A DNA stretch of 64,000 nt from Patescibacteria group bacterium (GTDB taxonomy: Bacteria > Patescibacteriota > CPR2 > UBA1875). How positions within the stretch are numbered: the first letter of the stretch is position 1; every line of letters begins with the position of its first letter. The stretch spans positions 9,797-73,796 of the forward strand of contig JAQVJW010000002.1 in NCBI GenBank assembly GCA_028694925.1. Reading direction: 5' to 3'. The translations under genes and the position numbers were made by a program. The notes beneath the pieces were generated by a model. It was not told where the DNA came from. It worked only from the letters and a program-made list of their open reading frames with translations, and made no database searches. Shown in pieces: positions 57,577 through 64,000 of the stretch.

Positions 57577-58698
57577 ATGAAAAGAAGTCAATTTTCACAA
57601 ATTATTAAAGATTTAGAGAAGAAAATGGTCTTTATAGTCGGTCCTAGGCAAGTCGGGAAAACCTGGCTAGCTAAGGAGGTGGGCAAAAATTTTGAAAAGA
57701 CTGTCTATTTGAATTTTGATAGTGTTGAAGATCGAAAGATTTTAAAGGAGAAAACTTGGCCTCGAGATACAGAGTTATTAATTCTAGATGAATTACATAA
57801 AATGAAGGGGTGGAAGAATTACTTAAAAGGCGTTTATGATACAAAGGATAAAAGTTTAAAAATCCTAGTAACTGGTAGTGCCAGGTTGAATACCTTCCGT
57901 CAGTCGGGTGATTCCTTATCTGGGAGATTTTTTTTGCATCGGCTTTTACCCTTTTCTTTAACAGAGCTAAAGACCGAAGAATCATATTCTAATATCGATA
58001 GATTAATCGAGAGAGGTGGATTCCCAGAACCGTTCTTAGCATCAAATGCAAAAGAAGCCCAAAGATGGCGTAACCAATATATTGATGGATTGATAAGAAC
58101 AGATATTCTAGACTTTAAAACAGTTCATGATCTTCGGGCGATTCAGATGGTTCTAGAGCTTTTACGTCGGAAGGTTGGTTCCCCAATCTCCTATACCTCT
58201 ATTGCAGAAGACGTGCAAATATCACCTGTCACCGTAAAAAGATATATCGATATTTTTGAAGAACTATTCATTGTATTCAAGGTCGCTCCGTATTCAAGAA
58301 ACATCGCGCGTTCGATACTAAAGGAACCAAAAATATATTTCTTTGATAACGGTTTAGTGGTCGGTGATGATGGTTCTCTTTTCGAGAATTTCGTGGCCGT
58401 TAGTCTTTTTAAGCATGTGATTGGGATGACAGATTATACTGGAGAGAAACATGAATTGAAGTATATGCGCACTAAGGAGGGGAAGGAGGTTGATTTTGCG
58501 CTCATTAAGAATGACAAAGTCGAAAAACTCATTGAAGTAAAGAAGTCAGATAACGACCTAGATAGAAATCTCAAATATTTTTCAAACAAATTTAATCTAC
58601 CCGGAATACAATTAGTAAAAGAATTAAAAAGGGCAAAATCTATCGGTAAAGTGGATATTGTTTTGGCAGAAAATTACTTAAAAGAATTATTCCTATAA
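57577..58698 (+). CDS. AAA_14 ATPase with DUF4143 nuclease-like domain
   Basis: GPRQVGKT, ILDE, VTGSA, GGFPEP, KIYFFDNG and EVDF...IEVK. Confidence 0.92.
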   Translation: MKRSQFSQIIKDLEKKMVFIVGPRQVGKTWLAKEVGKNFEKTVYLNFDSVEDRKILKEKTWPRDTELLILDELHKMKGWKNYLKGVYDTKDKSLKILVTGSARLNTFRQSGDSLSGRFFLHRLLPFSLTELKTEESYSNIDRLIERGGFPEPFLASNAKEAQRWRNQYIDGLIRTDILDFKTVHDLRAIQMVLELLRRKVGSPISYTSIAEDVQISPVTVKRYIDIFEELFIVFKVAPYSRNIARSILKEPKIYFFDNGLVVGDDGSLFENFVAVSLFKHVIGMTDYTGEKHELKYMRTKEGKEVDFALIKNDKVEKLIEVKKSDNDLDRNLKYFSNKFNLPGIQLVKELKRAKSIGKVDIVLAENYLKELFL

Positions 58699-58794
58699 CA
58701 AACGGCATAGTTTGACACTTACAATTTATATTTGAAATATATTTATGATATGTCATAATTAATTAGAAATTATTTACTCTAAAAGGAGGGGGAA

Positions 58795-59940
58795 ATGAAG
58801 AAAATATTAAGTCTAATAATGGTAATCTCGATGGGATTACTATTTTGTTTTTCGCCAGTCTTTTCAGCGGCTGGAGAGAAAGACCAATCAGCTGAAAATC
58901 CGTCGGCGACGGGAGGGGTAGTACTATTCCCTTACGACAACTTACAGCAAGGCCAGACCTTTACTCCAACCAAGAATAGTCTTACCAGAATCAGTATTTA
59001 TCTTCGGGACAAGGTGAATGGGGCCGGTATTCGCCTTGCGTTAAGAAAAGAGTCCGATAAAACACCGGTTGGTGGTGAATATCACTTTAAAAGAATTGAG
59101 GGTAGCGGGACAGGCTGGGAGGATTGGTCCTTTGATGGCAGCCCTCTTACTGTTGAGCCCGGAGAGTCCTATGGAATTTATGTGGGGATGCTTAGCAGCT
59201 CGACTACCTATTGGGTAGCTTCCTTAGATTCATACGGCAGTGGTGTGAAAAGGCAATATAGTCCGGTAACTGATACCTACTATACTTTTTCGGGTGACTC
59301 AACCTTCATTGTCGAAGGCAATCTGGTGACTACCCCAGCTCCAGAGACTCCACCCGCAAGCGATCCGACCGAAAGTACTGAAGAAGAAGCCACCGAACAA
59401 ACCAAAACCGATGCCAAGGAAGCTGAGGTCGATGAATCGATTGAAGCACCAGTCCTTACCGGTGTTCTTCTAAATCAAGAAGAAGTAGAGCTTACAGATG
59501 AGAAAAAGGTCACGATTGAAGAGAAGGATGAGTTAATCCTAAACGGAACAGCGCCGAAGGGTTCTGTCGTTGTTATCTTTGTAGGTGAAGAGTCGTATGA
59601 GGTACCGGTAGATGATGCTGGTAATTGGACTTTTAAAGTTGATAATGAGGCGCTTTCAGCTGGCGATAATGTTATAAAGGTGCAAACCCAGGTAGATGAA
59701 AAAGGAAGTGAGATAGTCGATCTTCTGACCGTAAACATGAGGGTAGCGGCCGTAACGGTTGGAGAGACCGCTGTGACGCCTTGGTATCTGACTTGGGGCA
59801 TCTATCACACGATCGGACTTGTGCTCCTTCTTATCCTCCTTGCTCTTCTTGTTATATACCTTGTAATCCTAAGGAAGAAGAACAAAGGAACTCTAAAATC
59901 AAAAGAAGTGTTTGGGAAGAAAGAGAAGGAAGAACAGTAG
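58795..59940 (+). CDS. Cell-surface protein with beta-sandwich and Ig-like domains and C-terminal TM anchor
   Basis: Signal peptide, P/T/E-rich linker, GTAP.GS.V...VDDAGNWTF Ig motif, TM and basic tail. Confidence 0.8.
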   Translation: MKKILSLIMVISMGLLFCFSPVFSAAGEKDQSAENPSATGGVVLFPYDNLQQGQTFTPTKNSLTRISIYLRDKVNGAGIRLALRKESDKTPVGGEYHFKRIEGSGTGWEDWSFDGSPLTVEPGESYGIYVGMLSSSTTYWVASLDSYGSGVKRQYSPVTDTYYTFSGDSTFIVEGNLVTTPAPETPPASDPTESTEEEATEQTKTDAKEAEVDESIEAPVLTGVLLNQEEVELTDEKKVTIEEKDELILNGTAPKGSVVVIFVGEESYEVPVDDAGNWTFKVDNEALSAGDNVIKVQTQVDEKGSEIVDLLTVNMRVAAVTVGETAVTPWYLTWGIYHTIGLVLLLILLALLVIYLVILRKKNKGTLKSKEVFGKKEKEEQ

Positions 59941-60014
59941 AAGAAGAGATAATAACGGAAAAAGAACAAAAGAACCACTCGAAAGGGCGGTTCTTTTGGG
60001 CTATAATAGCCTAG

Positions 60015-60416
60015 ATGAAAAAGCTAATCATAAATACTGATGGAGGGGCAAGGGGTAACCCTGGGCCTGCTGGTATAGGGGTTGTATTTTCGGACGAAAA
60101 GGGCGAGAAAATTGCAACCTTTAGGGAATATATTGGAGAGGCCACCAATAATATTGCAGAATACAAGGCGCTAATCCTTGCGCTAGAAAAGGCCAAGGAT
60201 TTTGAGGCAGAAGAGATCGAGTGTCGGCTTGACTCAGAACTTGTTGTAAAACAGCTTCGGGGAGAATACAAGGTAAAGGACGAAAAGCTGAAGGAACTCT
60301 ACGCTCGGGTTCAAGAGTTGGCTTTTTTTAAACCAATAAAATATGTGCATGTGCGGAGAGAGAAGAATGAAGAAGCAGATGCACTCGTGAATGAAGCAAT
60401 TGATGAAGTTAGATGA
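60015..60416 (+). CDS. rnhA: Ribonuclease HI
   Basis: TDGGARGNPGPAG, TNN.AEY, DSELVV.Q and N.EAD.L. Confidence 0.94.
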   Translation: MKKLIINTDGGARGNPGPAGIGVVFSDEKGEKIATFREYIGEATNNIAEYKALILALEKAKDFEAEEIECRLDSELVVKQLRGEYKVKDEKLKELYARVQELAFFKPIKYVHVRREKNEEADALVNEAIDEVR

Positions 60417-60473
60417 TTTTAAATTGACCTTAGGCCAAAAATTTGACAAAATAAGTATAAGTTTGGGGGGAAA

Positions 60474-61253
60474 TTGCCGAAAAAGAAAATAACTAAAAAA
60501 CCAGTCATTGAAGTAAAAGATCTCTACAAATCCTTTAAGGTTGGTAAGGGAACTGTTGATGTTCTTCGGGGTATTAACTTTGAGATAATGCCTGGGGAGT
60601 TTGTTGTGATCTTTGGACCCTCTGGTTGTGGTAAGAGCACCCTTTTAAATACAATGGTAGGCCTTGAAGTTCCGACAAAGGGCAAGGTATATGTAAGGGG
60701 AACGGATGTTTACTCCCTAGATACTAATGATCGATCGGAATTCAGGCGTAAGAAGTTCGGGATTGTTCAACAGCAGTCAAACTGGATTAAGTCTTTAAAT
60801 GTGATTGAGAATGTGGCCCTGCCTCTTTGTATCTCGGGGCAATCGTATGGGTCGAGTATAAAGAGGGCGCACAAGCTCTTAAATCTCTTTAGGCTTGAAG
60901 AATTTGAGAAAAATACCCCAACTGAACTCTCTGGAGGTCAGCAACAACGGGTCTCGGTCGTTCGGGCCCTTGTTAGTAACCCCTGGATTGTGATTACAGA
61001 TGAGCCTACCGGGAATCTTGATACGACTTCAGCGGCAGACCTGATGTATGTTCTTCAGTATCTAAATTCTGAGTCAAAAAGAACCGTCATCATGGTTACT
61101 CATAATCCAGAATATGAGAAATATGCCACGAAAGTTATTAAGATGGAGGATGGGAAGGTAAAATCAGTTGTAACCAAAAAAGAGATTGCCGTTTCCGACG
61201 ATGATGTTGCCGGTGATGTTGTGCCCCCAGATGCCGCGGAGGTTCCAGCATGA
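60474..61253 (+). CDS. ABC transporter ATP-binding protein (paralog of 35337..36287)
   Basis: [16 protein letters not shown] and DEPTGNLD. Confidence 0.93.
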   Translation: MPKKKITKKPVIEVKDLYKSFKVGKGTVDVLRGINFEIMPGEFVVIFGPSGCGKSTLLNTMVGLEVPTKGKVYVRGTDVYSLDTNDRSEFRRKKFGIVQQQSNWIKSLNVIENVALPLCISGQSYGSSIKRAHKLLNLFRLEEFEKNTPTELSGGQQQRVSVVRALVSNPWIVITDEPTGNLDTTSAADLMYVLQYLNSESKRTVIMVTHNPEYEKYATKVIKMEDGKVKSVVTKKEIAVSDDDVAGDVVPPDAAEVPA

Positions 61254-62452
61254 GCATGAGAAAAACATTTATTTCTCGCCTGGCCTTAAGGAGCATAACA
61301 GGGCACAAATTGCGCTCGGTTCTTACAATTGCTGGTATTGCTATTGGTGTTGGCTTCATCATTTTTCTAATCTCACTTGGTTATGGCCTTCAGCGTATCT
61401 CAACCCAGGAGGTAGCTAATCTCGAGGCGTTACAGATTATTGAGGTAAGCCCAGGTAAATCAAAGATTATTAAGATCGATGATGATACGATCGAAAAGTT
61501 TATGAGTCTTTCTGATGTAGAGGCAGCAGAGCCTCAGTTGAGCCTAGTTGGGACCTTCTCGGTCGATACGGGTTCGATTGAAGGGGTTGTCTATGGGAAG
61601 GATACTGATTATTTAGAGCTTGAAGAGACAGATATAGAGGCCGGGAGACTCTATAGTAGTGACCTGGCACAAGAGGTCGTCATAAACAAAGCGATTGCGA
61701 CTCAATTTGGCTTTACAGATACTAATAATATTTTAGGTGAGACGGTTACGATTAGTACCAATATCGGTTCAGAATATTTAAACGACAAAGAGGACCCACT
61801 TAAAAAAGAAGATGATTTTAAAATAGTAGGGGTTCTTTCAAACTCAGATTCCCCCTATGCTTATGTCCCACTTGAGGTCTATACCGATTACGGAGTAGTG
61901 AACTATAGTTCTGCTAAGGTAAAAGTGGGGAGTAAAGAGGCTACAGATACGGCAAAGCAACAAATCGAGAATTTGGGTTACAAGACAACGACCCTAAAAG
62001 ATACGGTTGATCAGATTAATCAGTTCTTTGGCATCTTTCAGTTAATCTTACTATCTTTCGGAGCGATTGCTGTCCTTATCGCGGCCCTTGGTATGTTCAA
62101 CACCTTAACTATCTCACTTCTTGAAAAGACCCGTGAGATATCCTTTATGAAAGTTCTTGGAACAAACGGGAAAGATATTTGGAGAATGTTTATCGCAGAA
62201 GCCCTTTTAATTGGCTTTATAGGCTCGATGGTGGGTATTTTAGCCGGTCTTTTAGTGGGGGGATTTTTAAACGACTTTCTTGCGACCTTAGCCGAAAGAA
62301 CTGGCAACAAGCCAGTAGAGATATTCTATGCGCCATTTATCTTTACCTTTGCAACCTTTGCTATAGCGATGATTATAAGCTTCCTTACGGGTATTTACCC
62401 ATCATACAGGGCCTCAAAGATAGATCCGCTTGAAGCTCTAAGGTATGAGTAG
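61250..62452 (+). CDS. ABC transporter permease, MacB/FtsX class (paralog of 36284..37465)
   Basis: SLGYGLQ...VANLEAL, KDTVDQI, FNTLTISLLE and DPLEALRYE. Confidence 0.93.
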   Translation: MSMRKTFISRLALRSITGHKLRSVLTIAGIAIGVGFIIFLISLGYGLQRISTQEVANLEALQIIEVSPGKSKIIKIDDDTIEKFMSLSDVEAAEPQLSLVGTFSVDTGSIEGVVYGKDTDYLELEETDIEAGRLYSSDLAQEVVINKAIATQFGFTDTNNILGETVTISTNIGSEYLNDKEDPLKKEDDFKIVGVLSNSDSPYAYVPLEVYTDYGVVNYSSAKVKVGSKEATDTAKQQIENLGYKTTTLKDTVDQINQFFGIFQLILLSFGAIAVLIAALGMFNTLTISLLEKTREISFMKVLGTNGKDIWRMFIAEALLIGFIGSMVGILAGLLVGGFLNDFLATLAERTGNKPVEIFYAPFIFTFATFAIAMIISFLTGIYPSYRASKIDPLEALRYE

Positions 62453-62516
62453 TTTAGTGTGGCGATACTACAATCGTTGAATATTTGAGAATACTATGCT
62501 AAAATGCTCCTTGTCT

Positions 62517-62903
62517 GGGGCTGACTTGGCTTCGACGGAAGTTACTTGAAATCAGAATAATGCAATTCGCGGTCGCATATCCGCGTTAACCAATATGTAA
62601 ACAAATAAGTGTAAAAACACTTGCCGCTAAAGTTAGAAATGCATTTAGCATGCCTGCTTTAGCAACTGTTGTCGCATAACTGCGGTAACCATCTGCTCCC
62701 CAACGTCCGATAGGGGTCAGCAGGTGCTAGAACTTCGGGCTGCTCTGGGTGACTTGCCTAAACCCAGCTAAGACTTAGGTAATTGGTTGTAAGTTTTTTC
62801 TTAGATCTTTAGCTTGCAACCGAGAAAAGAGATCTGAGTATGATTGCTAAAGTTGTTCTGGTTTTGCTTTCGGACGCGGGTTCAATTCCCGCCAGCTCCA
62901 CCA
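62517..62903 (+). ncRNA. ssrA: tmRNA
   Basis: 5' GGGGCTGA...TTCGAC and 3' GGTTCAATTCCCGCCAGCTCCACCA. Tag ORF 62611-62679 reads VKTLAAKVRNAFSMPALATVVA*. Confidence 0.96.
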
Positions 62904-62957
62904 ATGCTTACTTTTTGGCTTTATAGAGCCTTTTTAAATATGTGATAGAATGGTTAT

Positions 62958-64000
62958 ATGGAACATAAAAATCATCATAATCATCACGAACACATGATAG
63001 CTGACTTTCGAAAGAGATTTTTTGTATCTCTTGTTCTTACTATTCCAATATTGTTATTATCCCCACTCGTTCAAAACTTCCTTGGACTTTCAGAGACCCT
63101 TGCTTTTCAAGGTGATAAATATGTTCTCTTTTTACTTTCTACAATTATATTCTTTTATGGTGGTTGGCCATTTTTAACTGGCCTAATCTCTGAATTAAAA
63201 CAAAAAAAACCTGGAATGATGACTTTAATAGGTTTGGCAATAACTGTTGCTTATACCTACAGTGCTGCTGTTACCTTCGGGCTAGAAGGAAAGGTTTTTT
63301 ATTGGGAGCTTGCTACCTTGATAGATGTAATGCTACTTGGTCATTGGATAGAGATGCGTTCGGTGATGAGTGCATCTCGTGCCTTAGAAGAATTGGCAAG
63401 ACTGATGCCATCCGAAGCTCACTTGGTTATGAGAAATGGTGCTGTAAAAGATATAGCTCTAGCGAAAATTAAAAAAGGTAACATAGTTTTAGTTAAACCT
63501 GGGGAAAAGATACCTGCAGACGGTATTGTTATCTTTGGTAAATCATTTGTTAACGAATCGATGTTAACTGGTGAGTCTGTACCTGTAGAGAAAACTATTA
63601 ACTCCGAAGTTGTTGGTGGCTCAACAAACGGTGAAGGCTCGTTAAAGATAAAAGTCATGAAGAAAGGAAAGGATTCTTTCCTTTCACAGGTTATAGAATT
63701 GGTCCGTGAAGCCCAAGAAAGTAAATCAAAAACGCAAGACCTTGCTAGTAAGGCCGCCTTATATCTAACAATAGTGGCAATATTTGGTGGATTAGTTACC
63801 TTAATTGTTTGGTATCTAATACAAGGAGAAACACTTGCCTTTTCACTAGAAAGAACTGTTACTGTAATGGTAATAACATGTCCTCATGCACTTGGGTTAG
63901 CTGTGCCTTTAGTTGTGGCAGTATCCTCTGGTATATCTGCAAAGAAAGGTATACTAATCAGAAATAGAGTTGCATTCGAAAAAGCAAAAGATATTCAAGC
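62958..64000 (+). CDS. copB: Copper-translocating P1B-type ATPase, CopB-like (3'-truncated by window; absent from ORF track)
   Basis: Hand translation: His-rich MEHKNHHNHHEHM, PGMMTLI, LGHWIEM, TGES and CPHALGLA. Confidence 0.9.
   Translation, partial: MEHKNHHNHHEHMIADFRKRFFVSLVLTIPILLLSPLVQNFLGLSETLAFQGDKYVLFLLSTIIFFYGGWPFLTGLISELKQKKPGMMTLIGLAITVAYTYSAAVTFGLEGKVFYWELATLIDVMLLGHWIEMRSVMSASRALEELARLMPSEAHLVMRNGAVKDIALAKIKKGNIVLVKPGEKIPADGIVIFGKSFVNESMLTGESVPVEKTINSEVVGGSTNGEGSLKIKVMKKGKDSFLSQVIELVREAQESKSKTQDLASKAALYLTIVAIFGGLVTLIVWYLIQGETLAFSLERTVTVMVITCPHALGLAVPLVVAVSSGISAKKGILIRNRVAFEKAKDIQ

Noticed and set aside
1-64000. Alternative genetic code (UGA=Gly)
   Set aside because: Conserved genes are intact under code 11 and several end in TGA with ATGA overlaps.

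Overview
This is a gene-dense, roughly 40% GC bacterial chromosome segment in the standard code. Its gene families point to Patescibacteria/CPR, which is my inference. Bases 1-8.2 kb are an AT-rich defence island: a DUF3883-type nuclease with a C5 methyltransferase, Mrr, a duplicated KGG stress gene, a PHP-phosphoesterase/SMC-like ATPase (Ppl/TrlF-like) followed by a candidate HEPN protein, and a Fic gene. The rest is mostly housekeeping and envelope genes: an ECF sigma locus, rplY, infC-rpmI-rplT, thrS, miaA, miaB, murT-gatD, rpmB, rnhA, RNase P RNA, tmRNA, tRNA-Val and tRNA-Pro. Accessory inserts among them include a GC-rich hairpin-bounded two-gene orphan cassette, an AbiE toxin-antitoxin pair, a Fic-SWIM pair and an AAA-DUF4143 gene. 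A 2,570-aa modular surface protein (RCC1, lectin-like, FN3) sits beside a MacB-type ABC pair, and a paralogous pair lies 25 kb away. Non-coding signals include an 80-bp dispersed repeat, a palindrome shared by the Fic and AbiE loci, and many apparently leaderless genes. I found no CRISPR array, integrase, transposase or reverse transcriptase. All calls come from motif recognition by eye, with no database searches.
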